From assembly GCA_013359225.1 (NCBI GenBank), contig JABWCG010000001.1:206362-270361 (forward strand): a DNA stretch of 64,000 nt, read 5' to 3'. This DNA comes from Candidatus Buchananbacteria bacterium. Lineage in GTDB: Bacteria; Patescibacteriota; Patescibacteriia; Buchananbacterales; UBA6539. Position 1 is the stretch's first letter. Each line of letters opens with the position of its first letter. Of this stretch, positions 28,439 to 37,354 are shown piece by piece. Made by a program: the position numbers and the translations under genes. The notes beneath the pieces were generated by a model, which ran no database searches, was not told the origin of the DNA, and saw nothing but the letters and a program-made list of their open reading frames with translations.

Positions 28439-29758
28439 ATGAACCACCTCAAAAATTATAAAAAATTGATTACAGTTCTAATCCTGGTTAGCACCACGCC
28501 ATTTTTGTTTTTGTTTTCTAAAGTGAATTTTTCTTTATTCTTTTCAAATCAATCCACCTTTTGGAACAGTTTCGTGCTGGTGTTTGCTAATGTTGCAGGA
28601 TTTATTGGTGCGGTGTTGTTATTTTGGCAAATGATTTTAGGCTCACGGTTTGTGACTTCAAAGTTAACCGATGACACCGTAGGCATGAATTTGCTCCATC
28701 GCTGGCTAGGAACCTACGGTACGATTTTTATTCTGATCCATCCATTGCTTGAAGCGTATAACTATACTGTCAGTTGGTGGTGGTTGTTTACGTTTAATAT
28801 TTCAAACGAACTGGAAGAACATGTTACCTATGGTCGGATTGCTTTGCTTTTGTTTTTGTTAATTTGGGTGACAAGCGCTATTTTAAGAAGCAAAATGAAA
28901 TATCGGCCGTGGCTTTACATTCACTATCTGGCATATCCGCTAATGGGTTTTGTTTTTATTCACGCCTTGGATTTGGGCAGCTATCTGGCCGAGTACCTAT
29001 ATTTGAAAGTGATTTGGTTTTCGATGATCACGCTGTTTGTTTGGGTAGTAATAAATCGGTTGGCAATTTTTGCCGGGTTTGGCTCGGTAAAATATCAGCT
29101 GATTGATAAAAAAATGGTTGGCGAAAATATTGTGCTATTAACCCTGCAGCCGCTTCGTAAAAAGTTAAGCTCAACAATTGGTCAACATTTTTATATTAAA
29201 TTAAAACGTTTGGGAGTTGCCCATCCGTTTACGATTATGGAGTACGATGGCGTTACCGGCCATTTAACTTTCGGTATCCGAATGACGGGCAAATTTACCA
29301 AGCAGCTTAAGGATTTGCCAGTCGGCCATCTTTTTTATCTGGAAGGTCCTTATGGAGTTTTTACCCGTGAAGCCCAAAATAACGATCCGAAAGTGATTAT
29401 CGCTGGCGGGATTGGCATTACGCCGTTTGTTCAGTTGGTTAAGAAATTCGGCGATAACACAGTCTTTTTTTATTGTAATCGGTCGTTGGAGGATGCTGTC
29501 AGTCGCGATGAATTAATTCGGGCAGTTGGTAAAAATTATTACGACGTTATCAATCAGCATAATCGTGAATTATCAGCTAACATTATTAACGGTAAAATGA
29601 GTGCGAAACATATTATTCAAGTTGTTGGTGAACAAAATGTTGCCAATCGAAACTATTTTATTTGTGGCAGCGCAAAATTCGTTAAGTCAGTTGAAAAAAT
29701 CCTTCAATCAATCGGCGTCGCTAAATCAAAAATTTATTACGAAGAACTTGGCTTTTAA
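28439..29758 (+). CDS. Ferric reductase-like transmembrane plus FAD/NAD-binding oxidoreductase
   Basis: TM histidines (LHRWLG, IHP, IHYLAY, FIHA), HPFT, EGPYG, AGGIGITPF, ICGS. Confidence 0.88.
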   Translation: MNHLKNYKKLITVLILVSTTPFLFLFSKVNFSLFFSNQSTFWNSFVLVFANVAGFIGAVLLFWQMILGSRFVTSKLTDDTVGMNLLHRWLGTYGTIFILIHPLLEAYNYTVSWWWLFTFNISNELEEHVTYGRIALLLFLLIWVTSAILRSKMKYRPWLYIHYLAYPLMGFVFIHALDLGSYLAEYLYLKVIWFSMITLFVWVVINRLAIFAGFGSVKYQLIDKKMVGENIVLLTLQPLRKKLSSTIGQHFYIKLKRLGVAHPFTIMEYDGVTGHLTFGIRMTGKFTKQLKDLPVGHLFYLEGPYGVFTREAQNNDPKVIIAGGIGITPFVQLVKKFGDNTVFFYCNRSLEDAVSRDELIRAVGKNYYDVINQHNRELSANIINGKMSAKHIIQVVGEQNVANRNYFICGSAKFVKSVEKILQSIGVAKSKIYYEELGF

Positions 29759-29808
29759 ATTAGCTTTGTCACAAATAGGCAAATAATTTTTTGTTTTAGA
29801 TTTAGTAA

Positions 29809-29837
29809 TTGACATTGCCATGTTTTTATGTTATATT
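29809..29837 (+). promoter_or_regulatory. sigma70 promoter of helicase-typA
   Basis: TTGACA-17-TATATT with extended TGn. Confidence 0.65.
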
Positions 29838-29978
29838 AGATTTTTCACTGTATAACTACCTTGAAAATCGATAAATACTTAACATATCGGCAAGAAATTA
29901 TTTTATTGCCGTCAATTGCCTCGATTGCTATTTTTGTCATGTTGATTGACCTGAATTTGAATTCGAGACCAAAAATCT

Positions 29979-31274
29979 ATGACAAAAATAGACTCACATT
30001 CATTTAATTTTAACAACTTGGGAATTAGTCCCAGGATTCTTGATATTCTGCAAGAGTTGCATTTTCATGAACCGACTCCGATTCAGGCAAAGTCAATTCC
30101 AGAAGCTATTAACGGCAAAGACCTTGTTGGCATCGCTCAGACTGGTACTGGTAAAACGTTGGCGTTTGGCATTCCGATGATTCAACGATTGGGCCAAACT
30201 GGTGGTCGCGGACTGGTGCTGTTGCCGACTCGCGAATTGGCAAGTCAAGTGAATGCCACTTTAAAGACGGTTGGTGCCAAGCTTGGGTTGCGAACAGCGG
30301 TACTGATCGGCGGCGAATCAAAAAATATCCAGCTAAAAACGTTACGGCAAAAACCGCATATTATTGTGGCCACGCCGGGACGTTTGATTGATCATATTAA
30401 GAGCGGTTCAATCCATTTGAACGATATTAAAATTTTAGTGTTAGACGAGGCGGACATGATGTTTGACATTGGTTTTGCTCCTCAGATTGCCGAAATTTTA
30501 AAATCAGTGCCGGCCCAACGGCAGACAATGTTGTTTTCGGCAACAATGCCTCAGGCTATTATGGTATTAGTGGCAAAGCATATGAGGTTGCCGGTTAACA
30601 TTGAAGTCGCACCATCGGGCACGCCGGCAGAAAAAGTTAATCAGGAAATGGTAGTGATCACAAAAGAAGCTCGAGTTGGCCAGTTGGAAAAAATCTTGAA
30701 TTCGTATCACGGTTCTGTGTTGGTTTTTTGCCGCACTAAACACGCCGTCAAAAAGTTGACTGTTCGAGTCAGACAAATGGGGCATCAGGCCGCTGAAATT
30801 CATTCCAGCCGTTCTCTAAATCAGCGCAGTGCCGCTTTGCAGGCGTTTAAAACCGGCAAGGTGCGAGTATTGGTCGCTACTGATATTGCCGCTCGCGGAA
30901 TTGATGTAAAAGGTATTGAATTGGTCTTGAATTTTGATCTGCCGGAAAACGCCGAAGATTATGTCCACCGCATTGGCCGAACCGGCCGCGCCGGCAGTAC
31001 CGGCCAGGCGATTAGTTTTGTTTCACCAACTGAGATGCGTGAAGTTCAAAAAATTGAACAGATTATTAAAAAAACAATTCCATTAACTAAGTTGGCTGAG
31101 CCGGAATACGGCGTTTACAATTCGCCTCGTCGGGTGCAAACTAAGCATTCGTTTAGTTCGCGTAAACAGATTTCAAATTTGGGCCGAAGTCCCCGGCGTC
31201 GTGAGTGGCAGCGAAATTCAAAATTTAGTCGGAATAAAAAATTTAACAAACCCAGCAACCGAAAACGGTATTAA
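29979..31274 (+). CDS. DEAD-box RNA helicase
   Basis: Q motif, AQTGTGKT, PTRELA, DEAD, SAT, HRIGRTGR; basic tail. Confidence 0.96.
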   Translation: MTKIDSHSFNFNNLGISPRILDILQELHFHEPTPIQAKSIPEAINGKDLVGIAQTGTGKTLAFGIPMIQRLGQTGGRGLVLLPTRELASQVNATLKTVGAKLGLRTAVLIGGESKNIQLKTLRQKPHIIVATPGRLIDHIKSGSIHLNDIKILVLDEADMMFDIGFAPQIAEILKSVPAQRQTMLFSATMPQAIMVLVAKHMRLPVNIEVAPSGTPAEKVNQEMVVITKEARVGQLEKILNSYHGSVLVFCRTKHAVKKLTVRVRQMGHQAAEIHSSRSLNQRSAALQAFKTGKVRVLVATDIAARGIDVKGIELVLNFDLPENAEDYVHRIGRTGRAGSTGQAISFVSPTEMREVQKIEQIIKKTIPLTKLAEPEYGVYNSPRRVQTKHSFSSRKQISNLGRSPRRREWQRNSKFSRNKKFNKPSNRKRY

Positions 31275-31283
31275 TATACAATC

Positions 31284-33077
31284 ATGGAATATAAAGAAAT
31301 CAGAAATATCGCCATCATCGCTCACGTTGACCACGGCAAAACAACCCTGGTTGACGGTTTAATGCGTCAAACGGGGATGGTTGAAGAGGGTGTTAGCATG
31401 GATTCAAATGATCTGGAGAAAGAACGCGGCATTACGATTTACGCTAAAAACGCCTCGTTGATCTACCATGGCACTAAAATTAATATTGTTGACACTCCCG
31501 GTCACGCTGATTTTAGTTCGGAAGTCGAGCGGGTACTACGGTCAATTGATTCGGTAATTTTAGTGGTTGATGCTCAGGAAGGCCCGATGCCGCAGACCCG
31601 ATTTGTTTTAAAAAAATCTTTAGAGCTTGGCTTAAAGCCGATTGTGGTTTTGAATAAAATTGACAAGCCGGCCGCCAACCCGCACCGGGCTCATGATGAA
31701 GTTTTGGAGCTTTTTATGGATTTGGGCGCTAACGATGAGCAACTTGATTTTGTGACGGTTTACGCAATCGGCGTGAAAGGTATTGCTAAACGAAACTTAA
31801 CTGATGAGTCCGACAGCCTTAACCCGTTGCTTGATGTGATTTTAGAAAAGGTTCATCCGGCTCCAAGTGATCGGACTTTGCCGTTGCGGATGCAGCCGTT
31901 TAATCTGGGGTATGACGATTATCTCGGACGGCTGGCAATCGGCCGGATTTATGAAGGAAAAATTTCTAAGGGTCAAAAAGTGGTTATTAAGAATACAACC
32001 GGCCAATCACGGACGGCGACCATTACTAAAATTTACACCTTTCATGGTTTTGAACGCCAGGATATCCAAACCGCCGGCGCGGGTGACCTGGTGATGATTG
32101 CCGGCATTCCCGATATTGATATTGGTGAAACTATTTGTGAAAATGCCGATCAGGAAGCATTGCCGGCAATTTCCATTGACCAGCCAACCATCTCGCTTGA
32201 TTTATTGGTTAACAACTCTCCATTTGCCGGACGTGACGGGCAGTTTGTTACTAATAGTCAGCTTAACGAGCGATTAAAAAAAGAGCTGGAGGTTAATATT
32301 GGTTTAAAAATTGATTTTTCGGCAAAGGATCGTTATCATGTTTCCGGACGTGGCGAAATGCATATTGCGATTTTGTTGGAAAACATGCGGCGCGAGGGAT
32401 ATGAAATGCAGGTATCTCAGCCGCGCGTGATTACTAAGCAAATCGACGGCGTTCTGATGGAGCCATTTGAAGAGGTGACAATTGATGTGCCGTCGAGTTT
32501 TTCCGGCTCCGTCATTGAAAAACTTTCTAAGCGCGGCGGTAAAATGGTTAATATGCATCAGCATGAAGACCAGGTGAGAATTTTATTTGAAATCCCGACT
32601 CGTGGGTTGCTTGGTTATCGCGGCGATTTTGTGGTTGACACTAAGGGAGAGGGCATTTTGGCTTCCCGCGTCATCGGTTTTAAACCATACGCCGGAGAGA
32701 TTAAAAAACGTTCAACCGGTTCAATGATTTCAATGATCACCGGCAAAACCTCTGGCTACTCATTAGCTAATTTACAGACTCGGGGGCAAATGTATGTTGG
32801 ACCAAATGTTGAAGTGTATGAAGGCATGGTTGTCGGTAATGTTGCTAAGGGTGATGATATGGCCGTTAACCCGATTAAAGGAAAACAATTGACCAACATG
32901 CGTTCGTCTGGTGCTGATGAGGCAATTCATCTGACGCCGCCATTGCCATTGTCAATTGAACGCGGTTTGGAAATTATGCATGATGATGAATATCTTGAAA
33001 TCACTCCGAATAACATCAGACTGCGAAAACAGATTTTAACCGAAATTGATCGCGTGAGAGCGAGTCGAAAAAAATAA
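31284..33077 (+). CDS. typA: Translational GTPase TypA/BipA
   Basis: AHVDHGKTT, DTPGHADF, NKID, GRGEMH, KQLTNMRSSG. Confidence 0.96.
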   Translation: MEYKEIRNIAIIAHVDHGKTTLVDGLMRQTGMVEEGVSMDSNDLEKERGITIYAKNASLIYHGTKINIVDTPGHADFSSEVERVLRSIDSVILVVDAQEGPMPQTRFVLKKSLELGLKPIVVLNKIDKPAANPHRAHDEVLELFMDLGANDEQLDFVTVYAIGVKGIAKRNLTDESDSLNPLLDVILEKVHPAPSDRTLPLRMQPFNLGYDDYLGRLAIGRIYEGKISKGQKVVIKNTTGQSRTATITKIYTFHGFERQDIQTAGAGDLVMIAGIPDIDIGETICENADQEALPAISIDQPTISLDLLVNNSPFAGRDGQFVTNSQLNERLKKELEVNIGLKIDFSAKDRYHVSGRGEMHIAILLENMRREGYEMQVSQPRVITKQIDGVLMEPFEEVTIDVPSSFSGSVIEKLSKRGGKMVNMHQHEDQVRILFEIPTRGLLGYRGDFVVDTKGEGILASRVIGFKPYAGEIKKRSTGSMISMITGKTSGYSLANLQTRGQMYVGPNVEVYEGMVVGNVAKGDDMAVNPIKGKQLTNMRSSGADEAIHLTPPLPLSIERGLEIMHDDEYLEITPNNIRLRKQILTEIDRVRASRKK

Positions 33078-33130
33078 ACTAAATAAAAAACAGGGGATGT
33101 AAACCCTCTGTTTTTTATTTAGTTTATTTT
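33071..33130. terminator. Bidirectional terminator, 26-bp inverted repeat
   Basis: 33071-33096 pairs with 33105-33130 (one G-U) between convergent genes. Confidence 0.8.
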
Positions 33131-33611
33131 AATTTAATTCAGCCAAGAGATCGTCTAAATCCAGTGGTTTAGTAACCATTTCAATCTCACCGCCAGTGTT
33201 ACGTGGCCATTGCTCTTTGGGGCGATCAGCATATATTTCAATGCCGTTACCATCAGGGTCGGACAGATAAACCGCTTCAGAAACACCGTGGTCGGATGCG
33301 CCCTCAATCGGATATCTTGCCGTGATTAATTGCTGTACCGCTCTGGCTAATTCCTTTCGGTTGGGATAAAGAATGGCAAAGTGGTATAGTCCGGTGGTGC
33401 CCTTTGGTGGACGCGGTGCATCAACACCAGACCAGGTATTTAAGCCAATGTGGTGGTGATATCCGCCCGCGGATAAAAAAACCGCCGAGTCGCCGTATTT
33501 GGTAGTAATTTCAAATCCTAAAATATCTTGGTAAAAGGCAAGCGATTTTTTAAGATCGGAAACAGTTAGGTGGATGTGACCAATAGTAACATGAGGGTGA
33601 ATTTTTTCCAT
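33129..33611 (-). CDS. VOC/glyoxalase family protein (catechol 2,3-dioxygenase-like single domain)
   Basis: IGHIHLTV, GGYHHHIGLNTW, GLYHFAI, DHGVSEAVYLSDPDGNGIE. Confidence 0.9.
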   Translation of the reverse strand: MEKIHPHVTIGHIHLTVSDLKKSLAFYQDILGFEITTKYGDSAVFLSAGGYHHHIGLNTWSGVDAPRPPKGTTGLYHFAILYPNRKELARAVQQLITARYPIEGASDHGVSEAVYLSDPDGNGIEIYADRPKEQWPRNTGGEIEMVTKPLDLDDLLAELN

Positions 33612-33613
33612 GA

Positions 33614-34099
33614 TTACTTTTTATTAAATTCCATTTCAGCTTGTTTGGCTAATTCCATGAATTTTGCAGTTTCTTGAACAGAAAAAATTCTTGGTTTGAA
33701 ATCTTTGACGCAGAAAACAGCCATCGGAAGTCGGCTTTCTTTATCATAAAGGGCAATCCCAGCATAGAAGCGGATTCCTTCTTTGGTAACATGCGGGTTG
33801 TCTTTAAAACGCTCGTCACGTTGAGTATCTTCAACTACTAAAATACCTTTGTTGAAAAGAGCGTGGCCGCAAAATGATGTTTCCCGTTTGTCTTCTGAAA
33901 CATTTAAACCTTGGCACGACTTGAACCATTCCCGGTTTTCATCAATAATGGAAATGGTGGAAATTGGTACCTTAAGTTCTTTGACGGCTGTTTGAGTAAT
34001 TCGGTCAAACTGTTCTTCTGGGGCAGTATTAAGGATGCCCATTTTTTTTAGGACTTCCAGGCGCTGGTTTTCTTTCGGTGACGTTGGCGCTTTTTTCAT
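33614..34099 (-). CDS. Stand-alone GAF domain protein
   Basis: E..RL..L....IL.T.PE..FDRIT, WFKS, SFCGHA, DERF.DNP, RFYAG. Confidence 0.88.
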   Translation of the reverse strand: MKKAPTSPKENQRLEVLKKMGILNTAPEEQFDRITQTAVKELKVPISTISIIDENREWFKSCQGLNVSEDKRETSFCGHALFNKGILVVEDTQRDERFKDNPHVTKEGIRFYAGIALYDKESRLPMAVFCVKDFKPRIFSVQETAKFMELAKQAEMEFNKK

Positions 34100-34122
34100 A
34101 AATTCCTCCTTTGATGTAGTTG

Positions 34123-34620
34123 TTAACCTATGTTAACAATCGTACAAGTAATTAATTTGTCCTTAGCTTTAATGGTAACAGTATCACCAACTCGGTGGCC
34201 CATAATTGCCGAGCCGATCGGGGAATTATGGGAAATAACGCCCTGTGCAGGGTTTGTTTCGGCAGAACCCAAAATCAAGTAGGTTACTTGTTCACCGTTT
34301 ATTTTGACGGTGACTGTATGGCCAATTTGCACGCTCGTTGAATCGTTCCCGGGCTGGATAATGATTGCCAAGTGCAAATGATTTTCCAAATCAATAATTT
34401 TTTGGTTAACACTACGAAGCTTGCCTTTTGCGATTTGGTAGGCGGCATTTTCCGATAGGTCACCCAATTCAGCCAGTCGTCGGACCTCATCAGCAAGCTT
34501 CGGCCGAGCCTTTTTAAGGGAATCAAGTTTGTTTTTGAGTTCAGCAAATTTATCCGCCGTAAGATGGGGGTCTGGCTTTTGATGGGTAAATTTCCCCGGT
34601 TTTCTGATAGGAACTCGCAT
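34123..34620 (-). CDS. greA: GreA/GreB family transcription elongation factor
   Basis: GDLSENAAYQ with both acidic residues; ISHNSPIGSA. Confidence 0.85.
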   Translation of the reverse strand: MRVPIRKPGKFTHQKPDPHLTADKFAELKNKLDSLKKARPKLADEVRRLAELGDLSENAAYQIAKGKLRSVNQKIIDLENHLHLAIIIQPGNDSTSVQIGHTVTVKINGEQVTYLILGSAETNPAQGVISHNSPIGSAIMGHRVGDTVTIKAKDKLITCTIVNIG

Positions 34621-34703
34621 AGTGGGTGTTTATAGGGTAGAATTATTTTACCAAAAAATCGCTTAGAAAGCGATTTTTTAGCGTTAAGTGTGGCGATGGA
34701 AAT

Positions 34704-34871
34704 TTAGCCAACGCATTTTTTGCAATATTGTAATTTATTTTTTACTTTTCCTTCCTGCACAACTTCAAACAATTCATATGATTCTTTGCCACAGTTTTGA
34801 CAATACCGAGACTCTCCGGTAACAAATTTTCTTACGCCAGTTCGTCGCTTCGTCACCTTGTTTTTTCCCAT
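34704..34871 (-). CDS. Small 55-aa Zn-ribbon-like protein (absent from the ORF track)
   Basis: MGKNKVTKRRTGVRKFVTGESRYCQNCGKESYELFEVVQEGKVKNKLQYCKKCVG; two CxxC motifs; downstream hairpin near 34653-34679. Confidence 0.7.
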   Translation of the reverse strand: MGKNKVTKRRTGVRKFVTGESRYCQNCGKESYELFEVVQEGKVKNKLQYCKKCVG

Positions 34872-34947
34872 ATGTTTTAGATTACCTTAACGCTCCTATT
34901 CTACCAAATTTTATCTGAAAAATCAAGTGTGACGCCCATTCGAATAT

Positions 34948-35874
34948 CTACTGATTGGCAAAAAATTCAACAATGATGAATATCAGCCAAAACACAAAAA
35001 GAGTATACGCTTCTTTTTTGGAAATCGTTCTTCCAGACCTCATGAACCGAAACAGCGCAAACGACGAAATAACCATAAATATGCCGGTGATGTAGATGAT
35101 TTTTACTGGAAATGAAAACGGATTGATCAGTGCTAGAATGCCCACGACGATCGTGGCGTCAGCCAGTACGGTGCCCAGGATGTCACCGATTGCTAAAGAG
35201 TCGTCGCGTTTGCGGACTGATTTGAGAGAAAAAAACAGTTCTGGCATTGTTGTGCCGATTCCAACAACCAACATGCCGACCAGGATCGGACTGACACCTA
35301 AGTAGCGCGCCAGTTGGCTAGCGGAGTCTACGGTAAAGTGAGAACCAACTAGCAGTATTATCATACTAAACACCAGCATGATAATACTTTTTTTGTTGGC
35401 CTGGCTATTAGAGGCTGCTTTGCTTTCAGCGCCTCTTTTAAATGAAATGTAATAAAATATGCCACCGGCAATAACTAGTGCTAGACCTTCTAGCCGGGAA
35501 AAGTGTCCGTCAAAACCAAGAATTAACGGCAAAAGCAACAAGAACGGATAGGTTGAATGATTTTTTAAGATTTTACTTTCAACCTTAAGGCCGCGGCCGG
35601 CGACCCAAATAATAATGGCAAAGATTAAAGTCAGGTCGGCAATATTTGAACCAAACAACATGCCGAGTCCGAAAGAGGGTATACCCGCCAGCGCGGCATT
35701 GATTGAAATAAAGGTTTCCGGAAGAATTGAAATAATCGCCACGACAATAAAACCAACTGTATATTTTGAAAGATGAAAATTACTTGCCACCATTGCCGCA
35801 TATTTTGTGGCTAAGGTTGAGCCCCGGATAACTAAGAACAGAGAAACGATAAAAATAAATAGGGTGTTAATCAT
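34948..35874 (-). CDS. Sodium/calcium exchanger family (YrbG-like) antiporter
   Basis: Alpha-repeat motifs ISILPE...GSNIAD and GTTMPE...GTVLAD; about 10 TM. Confidence 0.88.
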   Translation of the reverse strand: MINTLFIFIVSLFLVIRGSTLATKYAAMVASNFHLSKYTVGFIVVAIISILPETFISINAALAGIPSFGLGMLFGSNIADLTLIFAIIIWVAGRGLKVESKILKNHSTYPFLLLLPLILGFDGHFSRLEGLALVIAGGIFYYISFKRGAESKAASNSQANKKSIIMLVFSMIILLVGSHFTVDSASQLARYLGVSPILVGMLVVGIGTTMPELFFSLKSVRKRDDSLAIGDILGTVLADATIVVGILALINPFSFPVKIIYITGIFMVISSFALFRFMRSGRTISKKEAYTLFVFWLIFIIVEFFANQ

Positions 35875-35920
35875 ATTAATCTAGTATAGCAAAAAAATAT
35901 TCATCCGGCGATTTTGGACG

Positions 35921-35960
35921 TGAAACGACCCCGAAGTCTTAAGCAGACATCCGGGGTCGT
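35921..35960 (-). terminator. Interrupted hairpin downstream of the GC-rich orphan gene
   Basis: ACGACCCCG/CGGGGTCGT stem with inner helix; weak U tract. Confidence 0.55.
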
Positions 35961-35990
35961 GGGGGTTGAGACGCTAGGGAGTCTTACTCT

Positions 35991-36344
35991 CTAGCACTCG
36001 TGGGGAGCCGGCAAGAACTTGCCGTGTCTCCACTGTTGGCACCAGGCGATGATAATCGTCGGCGCCGCAAACGCGAAGTGAAGGAACGTAAGGGCAACGA
36101 GGTTGCCCAGGTTGTGGCTGTTACCCGCGAGCCAACCGCGGCGGTGGGTGATGGCACCAGCGATGATGCCCCAGCCAACCTGCGAAACGAGGATGATGAG
36201 CATACCCAGGCCCATCATTTCCGGGGCGAAGATTTCCTTCCCCCAGAACTGCTCGCTCGTGAGCCCGACGCCGACGGCGACGAATGCCGTGAGGTAGGCG
36301 AGCATGAACACGTCGAACAGCGCTGCCGCGATAAGCTTTCTCAT
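35991..36344 (-). CDS. GC-rich orphan membrane protein (about 3 TM)
   Basis: Hydrophobic 117-aa ORF with SD AGGAG, upstream promoter and downstream hairpin on this strand. Confidence 0.7.
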   Translation of the reverse strand: MRKLIAAALFDVFMLAYLTAFVAVGVGLTSEQFWGKEIFAPEMMGLGMLIILVSQVGWGIIAGAITHRRGWLAGNSHNLGNLVALTFLHFAFAAPTIIIAWCQQWRHGKFLPAPHEC

Positions 36345-36443
36345 CTGATTTTGCTCCTGATTTCGCCGGATTGCTCAAACTTGAGATTTCCCAAGTTGGA
36401 AGGACCACCCTTCCAATAATCCAGCATTTTCAAAGATAAATAT

Positions 36444-36472
36444 ATTATAACATATAATATAAAAAATGTCAA
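36444..36472 (-). promoter_or_regulatory. Consensus sigma70 promoter with extended -10
   Basis: TTGACA-17-TATAAT with TGn, on the minus strand. Confidence 0.8.
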
Positions 36473-36558
36473 TACATTTTGACATTTTTTCGCTTATTTT
36501 ATTAAAAAACCGCCACGAAAGGCGGTTTTTATTTTTTAAATCAAAAACTAATTAAGTA

Positions 36559-36957
36559 TTATTCAGTGGTTTTACCGTCAAAATGTTCCTGTTCGTCGGC
36601 TTGGGCATCTTGCTTAGTTTTGTGGATAACGCCATCACGATGGTTGGGCGGCGAATATAGGGTGTAAAGTTTGAGCGGTTGGTTTGAAGAGGTGTTGATA
36701 ATGTTATGTTTGGCGCCGGATGGGACCACAATAATAAATCCATCGCTAAGCTCATGTTCAACTCCGTCTAAAACGGCTTTACCCTGGCCGGACTCACAGC
36801 GAATGAACTGGTCTAGCTGGTGAATTTCTTCGCCGATATCTTCATTGGGATTTAAGCTCATCACAACCAGCTGGCTGTTTTTGCTGGTGTACAGCACTTG
36901 TCTGAAATTTTTATTTTCCAGGCTCAGTTTTTCAATATTAGTGACGTAGCCTTTCAT
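36559..36957 (-). CDS. Cupin domain protein
   Basis: IGEEIHQLDQF, VPSGAKHNIIN, LYTLYSPPNH. Confidence 0.9.
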   Translation of the reverse strand: MKGYVTNIEKLSLENKNFRQVLYTSKNSQLVVMSLNPNEDIGEEIHQLDQFIRCESGQGKAVLDGVEHELSDGFIIVVPSGAKHNIINTSSNQPLKLYTLYSPPNHRDGVIHKTKQDAQADEQEHFDGKTTE

Positions 36958-36972
36958 ATGTTTAGTTTGTTA

Positions 36973-37224
36973 TTATTTAATGCTTTTGGAAATTAATTTT
37001 ATTTTTTCTGCTCGCGGCAATTTTTTAAGCTTTGCTTCCGCCCGACTGGCGCTTGAACGAGTACGATATCTTTTAGTATAAACCAATTTAACCGGCCGGC
37101 GGCTTTGAGTGTATTTAGCACCAAGCTTTGAGGTATTATGTTCAGTGATCCGACGAATGATGTTGACAGTGATACCGCTATATAAGGTGCCATCGGCACA
37201 TCTTACTATATATAAGTAATACAT
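36973..37224 (-). CDS. Small GIY-YIG nuclease family protein (UPF0213-like)
   Basis: YLYIVRCADGTLYSGIT, RRITEHN, GAKYT..RRPVKL. Confidence 0.9.
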   Translation of the reverse strand: MYYLYIVRCADGTLYSGITVNIIRRITEHNTSKLGAKYTQSRRPVKLVYTKRYRTRSSASRAEAKLKKLPRAEKIKLISKSIK

Positions 37225-37354
37225 TGTCTGGCTGAATTAATGGTTTCAAGCGGTTACGAATGCTTTGCTATATTTAATTATAACAAGAAAACGTTTTTAA
37301 AGCGATAATGAAACATTATTTTGTTTTGAGATTAATCTGTGCTAAAATTTTACC

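Noticed and set aside
35914-35928. Second parS (GGACGTGAAACG)
   Set aside because: Half-site only, and it overlaps a terminator-like hairpin.
36000-36419. 139-aa plus-strand ORF
   Set aside because: Antisense to the membrane protein that has a promoter and SD; low-complexity translation.
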